Assembly (NCBI GenBank): GCA_964016885.1
Contig: OZ024743.1
Span: forward strand, 183,210,001 to 183,274,000
From: Eledone cirrhosa
Taxonomy: Eukaryota
DNA: 64,000 bases
Direction of reading: 5' to 3'
Every line of letters starts with the position of its first letter. Position 1 is the first letter of the stretch. The translations under genes and the position numbers were made by a program. The notes under the pieces are model-generated. The model had not been told where the DNA came from and ran no database searches. It worked only from the letters and a program-made list of their open reading frames with translations. Of this stretch, positions 38,433 to 51,642 are shown piece after piece.

Positions 38433-38454
38433 CTATATGTCTCATTCCATCTCT

Positions 38455-38968
38455 CCGTAGAAATTGATTAGAGAGAGAGATATGAAAGTAGGTCCATAGA
38501 ATCATTTGATAAAATATATACAGTATTTCTCCTCCCAATCAGCATAATTAACCACACAAAAAAATCAATTAAACGAGGCTATAAGTTTAAAATGTACCTA
38601 TGAAGAAACAATAGATGAATAAACGATAGCTATTTTATCCGCGATCAACAGCCACAGAAGATTTACCTACTATTTCTATAATTTTGGTATGTTTATGTAC
38701 ATTTTTTCTTCTTTTGTACCTAATTGTGTATGGTTGGCTATATGTCTAATCAATTTCTACGGGCTATTAGAAATACTAGGTAAATCTTCTGTGGCTGTTG
38801 ATCACGGATAAAATAGCTATCGTTTATTTATCTACTGTTTCTTCATAGGTACATTTTAAACTTATAGCCTCGTTTAATTGATTTTTTATGTGGTTAATTA
38901 TGCTGATTGGGAGAAGAAATACTGTATATATTTTATCAAATGATTCTATGGACTTACTTTCTTATATA
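38455..38968. repeat. Interleaved inverted repeats (A-B...A'-B'), B arms ~200 bp
   Basis: 38480-38678 is the reverse complement of 38768-38968, and 38455-38472 of 38745-38762. Confidence 0.85.
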
Positions 38969-39331
38969 TTGCTCTGATTGTTGATTATTTAATTAATTAA
39001 TTCGTCATTGAACCACACTGTGAATGGTTGCCAAAACACATATATATATCTATGGCTCTGTCTAGTTTATGTATATGTAACCTATATATATAAGATCGAT
39101 ACCAACCGTGACTAACCCCACTGAAAAGTTTTGTGAAATAGTCTTTTCAGACTATATAGTGCATTTGTAGTTTTCCCAAATTGAAGGTTAAGTATTTTTT
39201 CTTGATTTATTGAATTAAGATATTATTACTTATCCCATATCTTTCGTTAAAAATGTTTCATCTTGATCTTTATAGTCACTTATATGTCTAATTATGGTAG
39301 GCTTTTTGCTTACATTAATTTCTCTATTTTC

Positions 39332-39377
<46 letters not shown>

Positions 39378-39701
39378 TCCTTCTTTCTCACATCCCCTTC
39401 ACAGCGAAAGGTCTGTTTCCTGAGCGCTCATGATATTCACCCAGCTTATGCTGATCCGATAACCATGTTGCTTGTTTTTCTTCCCATCTTATTTCCTCCT
39501 ATGTTGTTTACTTGTCTCACTCGCTTTACGCGTTTCACTTGTCCCAATAGCTTATTTTAGTTATTGCTCGCACCAACCTGAGGTATATGATTTTTAATGC
39601 GATGAAATACCAATGATCGTTGGCAAATCACTGATGAGGGACTAATTTTATAATATGTATTCCATGTGCAGCCATGCAGTATTCTTCTCCCCATGTTTTT
39701 C

Positions 39702-39732
<31 letters not shown>

Positions 39733-39744
39733 TACATACATACA

Positions 39745-39918
39745 TTTACGTATGTATATAGCTATGCATTTATACATTTGTAAAAAAAAACACATAAATA
39801 TAAATGCATATATATAAATGCATTTATATTTATGGTTTTTTTTTTGGGGGGGGGGGGTAAGGAGAAAATTCTGTCTCCAGATTTTATTACCTAGGGAGAT
39901 TAAATACCACAGCTCTGG
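39745..39918 (-). mobile_element. Non-autonomous DNA element end; inverted copy at 48983-49160
   Basis: ctccagattttattacctagggagattaaataccacagctctgg is the reverse complement of 48983-49030. Confidence 0.6.
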
Positions 39919-40413
39919 CTGAAAGCTGACCAGGTTCTCAACCTCATCAAACACTAATGCAGTCCTGTGTGTGTATATATATATGTGTGTGTGTGTATGT
40001 ATGTATGTATGTACGTATGCCTGTGTGTGTATGTTCGTATGTATGTATAATTATACACCCACACCTTTCATCACCATTGCTTCTTTTTGTTGTCATTTCT
40101 ATTGTAGTTGTTCTTGTAACTGTTGTCAAAGTTGACATCCTTATGTTCATTTTCTTTGATTTCTTTCGTTTTTTTTTTTTATCTACCTAGGGAATTCGTT
40201 GACAAGCTTCTTTTATTTATTTTCTTCGTTTTCTTCATTCAAATGCACTCACACTGGCTGTCTAAGAGACGTACAAATATGACTTATAAAACTTACCAAA
40301 CTAAAAAACTAAAGGGGCTTCCAGCGTCCCCCAAAGTTTCAAACGCCCCTCTAAAGCCCCCTTGGGGGACGGGCATATGCTCCCCCCCCCCCTCCCCACA
40401 CAAGCCAGGTTAC

Positions 40414-42139
40414 TGACGATCTCAAGGAATGCGCAGAACTCATTGCTGAATGCTATGCAGGCATTTTCACTATTGAAGACCAGAGTCTACCGTCTCCACC
40501 ACCTCTGACATCAGATTCTATTACAACTATGGAATTTACACCTGCATTGCTGCAACATCACCTTAAAAACAAACGCAACCATGCCTCTCCCAGTCTTGAT
40601 GGTGTTATGTACCTGCTTCTCAAACGTGGTGGGTACTTACTTTTGCACCAGCTATCACGCTTCTTCCAATTCTGTCTGAACAACAGTGCTACTCCAGAAC
40701 AGTGGAAAACTGCCAGTGACATTCCTCTGTTCAAAAAGGGTGACTGCACATCACCTGTGAACTATCGTCCAGTCAGTCTTACTAGCTGCATTGCCAAACT
40801 GATGGAATCCTGTGTCAGAGAAACGCTTTGGAACTTCTGGAATTCTCACAGTCTTATCCGGCCCTCACAATTTGGATTTATCCCTAGTTCCAGCTGCTGT
40901 GATCAACTTATCGAGTTTCTTGAAGACATCACCCGGATTACTGATGGTGGCTCATGGGTGGATGTTGTTTACCTTGACTTTGCTAAAGCTTTCAATTCTG
41001 TGCCACACAAAAGACTTATGGCAAAACTCTCTGCAATGGGTGTGAAGGATGATCTTTTTAACTGGTTGAAGTCCATCATTCTCAGTCAAAGAGAGGTAGT
41101 CACAGTTCTAGGACAGCATCCCTCACCATATGAGATGTCATCTGGTGTACCACAGGGATCTGTTCTTGTCCCCCTTTTGTTTGTGGCATATATTAATGAC
41201 ATAGATGCCAACTTAAAGAATGCCACAGTACTGAAATATGCAGATGACATCAAGCTGTACCTTGAGATAAAAAGAACAGATCTTGAACACTATAGATCTT
41301 GCCTGCAATCTGACCTGGACACAATGCAACAATGGATCACAGACTGGCAACTCAAGCTGGCTGTAGACAAGTGTACCACCATGCATTTTGGGAGGAAAAA
41401 CCCAGTGTCCACATACTTCCTCCACAACACTAATATCAAGAAGTCTTCTTGTGAACGTGACCTGGGCATTACTGTCAGCAGTGATTTGCATTGGACGAAG
41501 CACATCTCTAAAATTGTCAAGAAGGCGAGGGTGTCTTAGCAGCACTCAGCAAGACCTTTGTCAGCTGCTCTCCAGCTATCTATTTAAAGCTGTATATAGC
41601 TATGGTGCGGCCACACTTAGAATTTGCATCACAAGTCTGGAACCCCTATCTTTCTCAGAACATTGACTGCCTGGAAACTGTTCAGAGACGTGCAACCAAG
41701 CGAATACCCTCCATGAGCCATCTACCATACTCTGAACGCCTTATTTCCCTGGGCATGGATACATTGAAGCTCCGACATCTGGCAACTGACTTGGTAAATA
41801 CCCACAAAATTATTAACCATCTTGCCAACAATAACGCTGAGTACCTTTTTGATTTCCATGTGTCTAACACACGTGGACATGCCCACAAAGTAAGAAAACA
41901 GCACAGCTCCCGTGACTTTTGGAAACATTTTTTCACGCTCAGAGTTCCTGAAGCATGGAACAAACTCCCTGCATCAGTTGTTAGCTGTCAGGACACTGCA
42001 TCCTATAAAACCTCCATGCTTCCTGAGATTCGCCAACACTAAACCTTTTTTACATTATTCTATGAACTATACATGCATCTTTGATGAGTTGTAGTGCACT
42101 TGAGCACTGTACACAATCATTTCATTATTATCATTATTA
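40414..42139 (+). mobile_element. 5'-truncated CR1 LINE
   Basis: NYRPVSLTS, QFGF, VDVVYLDFAKAF, SGVPQGSVL, YADD, VRPHLEFA..VWNPY, LETVQRRATK. Frameshift near 41530 and (ATT)n tail. Confidence 0.95.
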
Positions 42140-42361
42140 TAAATCCTGCTTTGTCTTTCATCCTTACGGGATCAATAAAATAAAGTACCAGTCACGCACT
42201 GGGGTGGATTTAATATCCCCCCCCCCCCCAATCAAAAACCATTATTATACAGTCCATAGTGTTGGTGTTACAATAGACACAGCCCACTCTATATCATTAC
42301 TATATAGTACATATTGTTGGTATCAAAATAGACACAGCCAACTCTATACCATTATTATATA

Positions 42362-42540
42362 TTGGCAGTATCGGTAGAGGGTTGGACGCCATGCTTTCTA
42401 GCATAGTTACGTCCCTTTACGGTCTGAGTTCAAATCCCGCCAATTTAACTTTGCCTTTCATCCTTACGGGGTCGATAAAATAAAGTACCAGTAATGTACT
42501 TGGTAATTGCTGGCCTTGTGCCTAAAGTAGAAACAATTAT
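42362..42540 (+). mobile_element. tRNA-derived SINE inserted in the 60-bp array
   Basis: Near-identical to 21165-21342. Confidence 0.85.
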
Positions 42541-44486
42541 TATATAGTACATAGTGTTGGTGTCACAAGAGACACAGCCCACTCTATATCATTACTATAT
42601 AGTACATAGTGTAGTGTTGGTTCCACAATAGACACAGCCCACTCTATATCATTACTATATAGTACATAGTGTAGTGTTGGTGCCACAATAGACACAGCCC
42701 ACTCTATATCATTACTATATAGTACATAGTGTAGTGTTGGTTCCACAATAGACACAGCCCACTCTATACCATTACTATATAGTACATAGTGTAGTGTTGG
42801 TTCCACAATAGACACAGCCCACTCTATATCATTACTATATAGTACATAGTGTAGTGTTGGTTCCACAATAGACACAGCCCACTCTATATCATTACTATAT
42901 AGTACATAGTGTAGTGTTGGTTCCACAATAGACACAGCCCACTCTATACCATTACTATATAGTACATAGTGTAGTGTTGGTTCCACAATAGACACAGCCC
43001 ACTCTATACCATTACTATATAGTACATAGTGTAGTGTTGGTTCCACAATAGACACAGCCCACTCTATATCATTACTATATAGTACATAGTGTAGTGTTGG
43101 TGTCACAATAGACACAGCCCACTCTATACCATTACTATATAGTACATAGTGTAGTGTTGGTTCCACAATAGACACAGCCCATTCTATACCATTACTATAT
43201 AGTACATAGTGTAGTGTTGGTTCCACATTAGACACAGCCCACTCTATATCATTACTATATAGTACATAGTGTAGTGCTGGTTCCACAATAGACACAGCCC
43301 ACTCTATATCATTACTATATAGTACATAGTGTAGTGTTGGTTCCACAATAGACACAGCCCACTCTATACCATTACTATATAGTACATAGTGTAGTGTTGG
43401 TTCCACAATAGACACAGCCCACTCTATATCATTACTATATAGTACATAGTGTAGTGTTGGTGCCACAATAGACACAGCCCACTCTATATCATTACTATAT
43501 AGTACATAGTGTAGTGTTGGTGCCACAATAGACACAGCCCACTCTATACCATTACTATATAGTACATAGTGTAGTGTTGGTGCCACAATAGACACAGCTC
43601 ACTCTATACCATTACTATATAGTACATAGTGTAGTGTTGGTTCCACAATAGACACAGCCCACTCTATATCATTACTATATAGTACATAGTGTAGTGTTGG
43701 TTCCACAATAGACATAGCCCACTCTATATCATTACTATATAGTACATAGTGTAGTGTTGGTTCCACAATAGACACAGCCCACTCTATACCATTACAATAT
43801 AGTACATAGTGTAGTGTTGGTGCCACAATAGACACAGCCCACTCTATACCATTACTATATAGTACATAGTGTAGTGTTGGTGCCACAATAGACACAGCCC
43901 ACTCTATACCATTACTATATAGTACATAGTGTTGGTGTCACAAGAGACACAGCCCACTCTATACCATTACTATATAGTACATAGTGTAGTGTTGGTGCCA
44001 CAATAGACACAGCCCACTCTATATCATTACTATATAGTACATAGTGTAGTGTTGGTTCCACAATAGACACAGCCCACTCTATACCATTACTATATAGTAC
44101 ATAGTGTTGGTGTCACAAGAGACACAGCCCACTCTATACCATTACTATATAGTACATAGTGTAGTGTTGGTGCCACAAGAGACACAGCCCATTCTATATC
44201 ATTACTATATAGTACATAGTGTAGTGTTGGTTCCACAATAGACACAGCCCACTCTATACCATTACTATATAGTACATAGTGTAGTGTTGGTTCCACAATA
44301 GACACAGCCCACTCTATACCATTACTATATAGTACATAGTGTAGTGTTGGTGCCACAAGAGACACAGCCCATTCTATACCATTACTATATAGTACATAGT
44401 GTTGGTGTCACAAGAGACACAGCCCACTCTATACCATTACTATATTGTCATAGTGCTGCGTCACAATAGACACAGCCCACTCTATA
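42540..44486. repeat. 60-bp minisatellite, ~32 copies (some 55-bp variants)
   Basis: Unit agtacatagtgtagtgttggttccacaatagacacagcccactctatatcattactatat. Two older copies lie at ~42240-42361. Confidence 0.97.
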
Positions 44487-44614
44487 AAGTGGGAGTGGTG
44501 GTCAGAGATGGACTGTCACCTGCTGAGGCCCTAAGCTATATGAAATTTAATAATTAAATAATTATTCTCAGCTTTCAAATAATAGGAGGAGGGGGCACTA
44601 ATTTTTCTAGGTTG

Positions 44615-44870
44615 ACTTCATTGATTTTTTAAAACCAGAATTAGTTGTTTAGTTTACATATTGAAACCCCAACCCTTCCTATTTATTTTATAACATATGG
44701 GATTTCTAGTAATGTACTTTTTTTTGTCATGTATAATGTTTTTTTAATGTATAAAGAAAATGAATTGTTGCAGGAATGACACCACAAAATAAAATTTTAC
44801 TGAAGATAGATTAGCAAAATTTAATAAGTGGGGAGAATAAGAGCAGGGGGGTGGGAGATAAAGATGTCAT
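44615..44870 (+). repeat. Dispersed ~260-bp repeat, second copy at ~46325-46600
   Basis: aaaaccagaattag..tttacatattga.acccc...ctagtaatgtactttttt..gatagattagcaaaatttaataag shared between copies. Confidence 0.7.
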
Positions 44871-45016
44871 TGAAGATTGACCTACAAATGCAAAAACTTG
44901 GTCATGATGAAGGCTATGAGTGTGTAATATAAATATTGTCTCAAATTTCCTGAAAATTTTAGTTTTGCTTCATCAAAGTCAATAAAATATTTGTCCTCAT
45001 CTTTTTTACATCTTCC

Positions 45017-45430
45017 TCTGTGTTGACATCTATTGGATGAAACTACAGTCTCTAATTCTGTGTTGACATCTGTTGGAAGAAGCTACAGTCTTTAATTCTG
45101 TGTTGACATCTGTTGGATGAAAATACACTCTCTAATTCTGTGTTGACATCTGTTGGATGGAGCTACAGTCTCTAATTCTGTGTTGATATGCTGGATGGAG
45201 CTACAGTCTTTAATTCTGTACTGACATCTGTTGGATGAAAATACACTCTCTAATTCTGTGTTGACATCTGTTGGATGGAGCTACAGTCTCTAATTCTGTG
45301 TTGATATGCTGGATGGAGCTACAGTCTTTAATTCTGTACTGACATCTGTTGGATGAAGCTACAGTCTCTAATTCTGTGTTGACATCTGTTGGATGGAGCT
45401 ACAGTCTCTATCTGTTGGATGGAGCTAAGG
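45017..45430. repeat. 40-bp minisatellite, ~10 copies
   Basis: Unit ctgtgttgacatctgttggatggagctacagtctctaatt. Confidence 0.92.
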
Positions 45431-45589
45431 TCTGTATTTCTGATATAGACACAAGGCCAAAAAATTAAGGGGAGGGGAAATTTAATTAAATAGACTCTAG
45501 TGAAGCACAGGTACTTTATTTTATAAATAGGCCTACAAAGCTTGACTTGGAAGTAAGTCCTCATTCTTGCACTTGTGATACAAGCAGGC

Positions 45590-45815
45590 ACGATGAATCG
45601 CAACAGGGACAGTAAAGGCATCCAAAATTAAGATTTTGGGGTTAAGCTAGAATCCAGCTTCAGATCAATAAATGAAGTGTTCTGGCAGACCATCTGCCAA
45701 CTTCGTAATAAGAAGTCCACAACTGCTATCAGGGATGCATCCGGGGTTCTCCTCTCTTCAGAGAGGTGCATCCTCATGAGGTGGAGAGAATACTTTGCTG
45801 ATCTCCTAAACCATC
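45590..45815 (+). mobile_element. Old RTE-clade LINE fragment (different family)
   Basis: VFWQTICQLRNKK...RDASGVLLSSERCILMRWREYFADLLN linker motif. Confidence 0.7.
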
Positions 45816-46729
45816 TTCTGACATACCCGAGGTGCATTTGGGAATTTTTTATCTGCTTCACCCCTTACAAAATGTACTTGTCACCTAGCTTCCCTACTGT
45901 TTCCAGGAAGTGTACCCCGCTTTCTTTATTCTTCCTTTTTTTCCATGCCTGCTTTTTGGTCTTAATTATCTCATCTACCTTACTGTTCCACCATTAAGTC
46001 GCTCTCCTTTTCTCTGGAGCCCTGCTCCAGCCACATATCTCGTCTGTTGCCTTAAATAGATAAGCAGATAAATAGTTTTAAAAATAAATACATGAATTAT
46101 AGAGAGAAGTGGTGTTACTCAGCTAGAGCCAACATCAAGATTATCTACAAAAGCAACATTAAAACAATTAAAACAACAAGTTGAACAAACTAAATATAAA
46201 AAAGAAAACATGACAAAACTATTATTTCCTAATACTTTCATTTGGACTTTTGATAAGATTTGTAGACAGAATAAGTGCTGGCAACCAATTACTTTCAGCT
46301 GTAATGTTAAATGAGACAGGTTCAATGCATTGAAAAAACCAGAATTAGTCGTTAAATTTACATATTGAGACCCCAATCCATCCTAGTTATTTTATAACGT
46401 ATGACATGTCTAGTAATGTACTTTTTTTGTCATGTATAATGTTTTATTAATGTATAAAGAAAATTAATTGTCACGGGAATGTTACTAATTAAAATAAAAT
46501 ATTACTGGAGATAGATTAGCAAAATTTAATAAGGTGAGTAGTGGTTGAATAAGAACAGGGGATGGATAAAATCTGAAAAATTAATAAGTAAGGTGAAGGG
46601 GTGGGGCGATTATTCAAGACCCGAGAGAATAAATAAAATGTTTGGAATTGAATCAAAGAAAAATTACATTTTTGTTGGAAATATCAAAAAACAAAATCAC
46701 TTCATATTGCACTGAATACTGACAAGTAA

Positions 46730-47540
46730 AAACAGGGTTAACAGGTACAATGGTAGAAAATATTGCCCTGGGTCAAATATTTTATATTGATGGAGCTGTA
46801 GCTATGGTAACTGGGTTAATAGGTACAATGGTAGAAAATATTGCCCTGGGTCAAATATTTTGTATTGATGGAGCTGTAGCTATGGTAGGAAACATTTCTG
46901 GTTCTGTAGCAAGAATATAAAAAGGAAAAATAAGAATGTTGATCAGAAGTATCCTCTATTGTCTTCAGTATCAAGTACTAACAGTGAGATGTCTGCCTCA
47001 ACATCTGAGTTTAGTTGTAACTGAGGCTGTCAGACTGGTCAGTTCAACTGCGGGTGTGAAACTGGTCACTTTAATTGTAACTGAGGCTGTCAAACAAGTC
47101 AGTTTTATTAAATCAAAACCCATAAATACAAGAATCTTCAGTTTGTCATGAGAAACTATAGGAAGTCTCCATATAATTCTATTACTACATAGTGAAGTAT
47201 GTCAGTTATCATGTGGCAAAGTGTTGGCACCGTTGTTTGGATAACATAAAGAAACTGGGTTATTTTAACATCCTTTTGAACTTTCAGCTAAACTAAAAGA
47301 TCAGTGCAAAATGGGAACAAACGATATATCTTTCTCATGTACTCACTTAAATGAGGTCAATTTTCCAAAGCAAGGTTCTAATATAACACAGTTCAAAGTT
47401 GAAAGAGAAACGAATGCCTTTAAATATAAACTAAACGTCTATGGTAACTTTGCAGATGTGGTAACTATGCAGCTAATGCTGATATCAAGTGTTTGTCAGC
47501 TAAAGGAGATATCAAAGAACATTTTCATAAGTTAAGACAC
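46730..47540 (+). pseudogene. Decayed hAT (Buster/Charlie, ZBED5/SCAND3-like) transposase
   Basis: IDGAVAMVGNISGSVARI, EAVKQVSFIKSKPINTRIFS, LLLHSEVCQLSCGKVL (canonical LLLHTEVRWLSRGKVL), HLNEVNFPKQG..AFKYKL. Many stops. Confidence 0.85.
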
Positions 47541-49214
47541 TGATATGTATCTGTTATGGTAGGTACATGAAGTAATCTACCTGTTTATGGTAGGTACCTG
47601 AAGTAATCTACCTGGAGATATCTACCTGTCTATGGTAGGGACCTGGAGGTATCTACCTGTTTACGGTAGGGCCAATAACATTGTTAGAACTCCATGTAGT
47701 CTTTAAAAAATAATTCCGAGATCATGTGATGAGAGTTCTTCTTTTTGTAGTTGGCTTTCATCATATAAGATTCTGTTGTGCATTCTACACAAGCTACAGA
47801 GTCATGTGTGTGTGTGTATATATATATAAATATGTGTGTGTGTGTTGAACAATGGAAACAAAAAACAAAGATTGGTGTTTAATCAGTTCATTATTTTATG
47901 ATTGCTTCTCAGCAGGTTGATTAGTCAGGATAAATCAATATAATGGTTAATCAACAGTAGTTATATAACTCCCTATTATTAGTCTTGCTACTATAAATCT
48001 TCCCTAGAAACAATTTCTGGGGGTGACGGTGAGATAGATCTGGAATATCAAGATTAATAATATGTGCTTATGTAACTACTGTCAATTAGTCACTCTATTG
48101 ATTTATGATCAATCAAATTCCTGAAACACTCATAAAACAATGAACTAATTAAACACCAATCTCCACCTTATAAGTTAAGATATAAAAGATTTGTCTGAAT
48201 TGGGTAAATGAAAATATCAAGACTGTGTGACCAAAAGCAGGCATAACCAAGTTGCTGACATTTAAAGTCTTAATTATAAATTTGCATCTTTTAAAGCACA
48301 AGTTCTCAACCCATTTTGTCCCTCGAAATCACGAAACGCCCCCCCCCCCCCCCCCTCCCCACCCCACCATCCTATTTTTCCATTTTTCAATATACTACTG
48401 ATTTTTATATCAGTAGATTAATAAAAAATTGATTAACAATATTCCAAAGATGTGTGTATTATCTGATTATGTGTTGTATGTGGTCCTAGATGTGTGTGCT
48501 ACCCGCTTCTGTTTTTTCTTTTCTTTTTTTTTTATTTGTAATATTATTTATACAATAGGGAATAAAATAGATCTACATAGTGTTAACTCGTTGCGGTTGA
48601 GTCAATAATTTCAGACATGAAATACATTGTTATCGGTGAAGGAAAGATAAGATTCTAACTGGCTGCGCTCAAAGTGTCTTTGACCCAGTTGATTGTGGGT
48701 TTTTCCATTTTTAGGATCTCAATTAGCGGTTAACGTCTCAATTACCGGACACGCCTGCACACCTGCGGTCAGACTATAGTTATGCTGTCTGCAAGCTCAT
48801 TCAAATGCATTCACATTGGCTGTCTCAAAGACAAACAAATATGGCTTATAAAACTTACCAAAATAAAGAGCCTTCCAGCGCCCCCCAACCCCCCTCCCCA
48901 GCTCCAAACGCCCCCCTAACGCGACCTTGCTCCCAAACGCCCCCTGGAGTTCCGAAACGCCCCCCGGGGGTGGATATGCCCCCCAGAGCTGTGGTATTTA
49001 ATCTCCCTAGGTAATAAAATCTGGAGACAAAACTTTCTTCCTACCAAAAAAAAAACATAAATCATGTCAACATCCTTACACACTTAAATATAAATGCATG
49101 TATATATACAAATGTATAAATGCATAGCTATATAGATAGGTAAATGTATGTATGTATGTAGATTTATATATATATATGCCTACATTTTTTTGGCTTTATT
49201 ATACATATACAAAC

Positions 49215-49257
<43 letters not shown>

Positions 49258-49264
<7 letters not shown>

Positions 49265-49670
49265 GTTTGTATATGTATAATAAAGCCAAAAAAATGTAGG
49301 TATGGACATAGAATAAAGAATGCAAATGCAAAAGATATTGTTGACAATTAGTCTTTTACCTTAGATTTATTTAAATGTCCTTAATTTTCGAGATAATATC
49401 TTTTCTTCGAAGGGAAATAAAGTGGTTAAAGCAGTGTTCTAAATAGCTTGCCAAGTCATCCTGTCAGCATGACTTGGCAAGCTATTTAGAACACTGGTTT
49501 AACCGCTTTACTTCCCTCCGAAGAAGAGATATTATTTCGAAAATTAAGGACATTTAAATAAATCTAAGGTAAAAGACTAATTGTCAACAATATCTTTTGC
49601 ATTTGCATTCTTTATTCTATGTCCATACTTACATTGTTTTGGTTTTATTATACATATACAAACGTTTATA
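49258..49670. mobile_element. Fold-back element, ~200-bp arms, 9-nt spacer, with hammerhead-like motif
   Basis: 49258-49459 is the imperfect reverse complement of 49469-49670. Confidence 0.8.
49515..49549 (+). ncRNA. Very minimal hammerhead-like motif, CCGAAGA core
   Basis: cct-CCGAAGA-a gagata t tatttc-GAAA-at-TA-agg. Stem III is reduced to an AATT palindrome that could pair only in a dimer. Confidence 0.45.
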
Positions 49671-49730
49671 CCTCATTACACAATGCTTCAAGTGAACTAT
49701 AACTTTCTCCATATATATAAAAATATATAT

Positions 49731-51127
49731 CATCATCATCATCATCATTGTTTAACGTCCGTGTTCCATGCTTGCATGGGTTTGGACGGGAGTTTTCATA
49801 CTTGAGGCAAGAGTGGTTGTCTTGCTCGCATAGGACTGTCTGGCGGGTTTTCTACAGTTGGATGCCCTTCCTAACACCAACCACATTTACAGTGTGGGGC
49901 TGCGAGGTTTTTACCGTGTTGCCTACACGGCCACATTACAGCGTGGACTGTCTGGCAGGTTTTCTACAGCTGGATGCCCTTCCTAACACCAACCACATTT
50001 ACAGTGTGGGACTGGGACGTTTTTACCGTGTTGCCTACATGGTCACATTACAGCGTGGACTGTGTGTTTTTTTGTCGTGACACCTACACGATCTCATTTG
50101 TTTCGGCCTGGATTTTGTGGCACCAACATAACTTTACATTGAAAGGGGCGGTGTGGATGGGGTGGGGGTGGTGGGACGGGGGTGTATTTTGTTAGAGATG
50201 CCTACTGACTGTAGTAGGTTTTACTTTGTATTTAGGTAACGCGGGTCTTCTCTATTACTGAGTACCGCCAAAGCTCTTGGTCCAGTGACATTGTCTTGGA
50301 GAGGTGTAAGTGTGTGAGGTCAGAATTTATCAGCTCGTCCCAGGTTTTTCTGGGTCTGCCTACTCCGTGGCTACCGTCTATCTTTATTGCCCTGCACTTT
50401 GTTATACAGCTGTCGTCTTTCATGCGCATCACGTGACCATACCAACGTAGCCTTCTCTCGAGTAAACAACATCTGATCCCTCTTATTTCTAATATTTTCC
50501 TTAGTTCGTTTATGCTTTGCCGTTCGCGTATATTACTATTACACATCCAGCGGAGCATGCAAGCTTCGTTCCTCTCTAGTCTGCGTATATCCTCTGCACA
50601 CAATGCCCAGGTCTCACTGCCATGCAACATTGCTGTTCGTATGCAGGCATCATACAACCTGCCTTTCACTTTTAGGGAGAACCCTTTAGCGGCTAATAGT
50701 GGTATAAGCTCTCTGAACTTTTTCCATCCAGTTCTGACTCTAGCTACTGTACTTTCGGAGCACCCTCCCCCACTGCTGATTTTGTCACCCAGGTAACGGA
50801 AGCTGTCCACTATTTCTATAGAACCCTCTGCGCAGTTGAAAGAGCTAGTATTTTGTGGGCACTTGCTGCTACTTATTGCACCAGAGCACCGGCCACATGT
50901 AAAATCTGTGTTCTTAGTTAGCTTACCTGTGATCCCACTACATCTTTTATGCACCCATACTTTGCATTTGGGACATAAAATGGAGTTTCTACCTACGCCT
51001 TTCCTACACACTGAGCATGGCCATTTCCCGGAAGGGACCGGCGCCTTATTTTCTTTCCTACAAACTAGAACTTTAGTCTTATCCATGTTAATTTTAAGGC
51101 CTTTTGATTCTAGGCCGTGCTTCCATG
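49731..51127 (-). mobile_element. 5'-truncated RTE LINE (subfamily A variant)
   Basis: ORF 50232-51086 closely matches the C-terminal part of 54644-57757. The UTR has a ~110-bp internal duplication. Confidence 0.95.
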
Positions 51128-51344
51128 TATATATATTCTTTTTTCAGTCTGGTCTACCTCTGGATAGAATTCAATGTAATCTTGTAAAATCCATAGAGAA
51201 GTTCTGTGTTTTTCTGAAATAATTCTTTAGATACAGAGTCAGATATTAGGTATTAAATTAACAATAAAAATAAGAACAAAATAAAAACAAAGTTATAAAG
51301 TAACTTGACTTTGTTCTTTTTATTTTCATTGTTAATTTGATAAT

Positions 51345-51417
<73 letters not shown>

Positions 51418-51418
<1 letters not shown>

Positions 51419-51642
51419 GTTTCCGGGTTCAGTCCCACTGCCTGGGCCGACCAAAGCCCTGTGAGTGGATTTGATAGACAGAAACTAAAAGAAGCACGTG
51501 GTATATATGTATATATGTCTGTGTGTGTCTTTGCATTTGTGTTTGCGCCCCCACCAATGCTTGTTGGTTTGTTGACGTCCCCATAACTTACCAAGGTGAT
51601 GCTCCAGCATGGGCGTAGTCCAGAGACAGGAAAAAAAGTAAA
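51418..51642 (+). mobile_element. Internally deleted SINE (second family)
   Basis: B box ggttcagtccc, then gccgaccaaagcc.tgtgagtggattt..agacagaaact..aagaagc and a gctccagcatgg tail. Confidence 0.65.

Noticed and set aside
39625-39670. Canonical CTGATGA hammerhead core
   Set aside because: No stem II-GAAA-stem III in the right arrangement downstream.
42540-44486. CRISPR-like array or 20-aa repeat protein (ORF 42540-43595)
   Set aside because: The units are head-to-tail with no unique spacers and no cas genes. The open frame follows from a 60-bp stop-free unit and has no credible start or splice context.
46910-47020. Possible terminal host exon (KNIKRKNKNVDQKYPLLSS...*)
   Set aside because: It lies within a decayed hAT transposase, which explains the sequence better.
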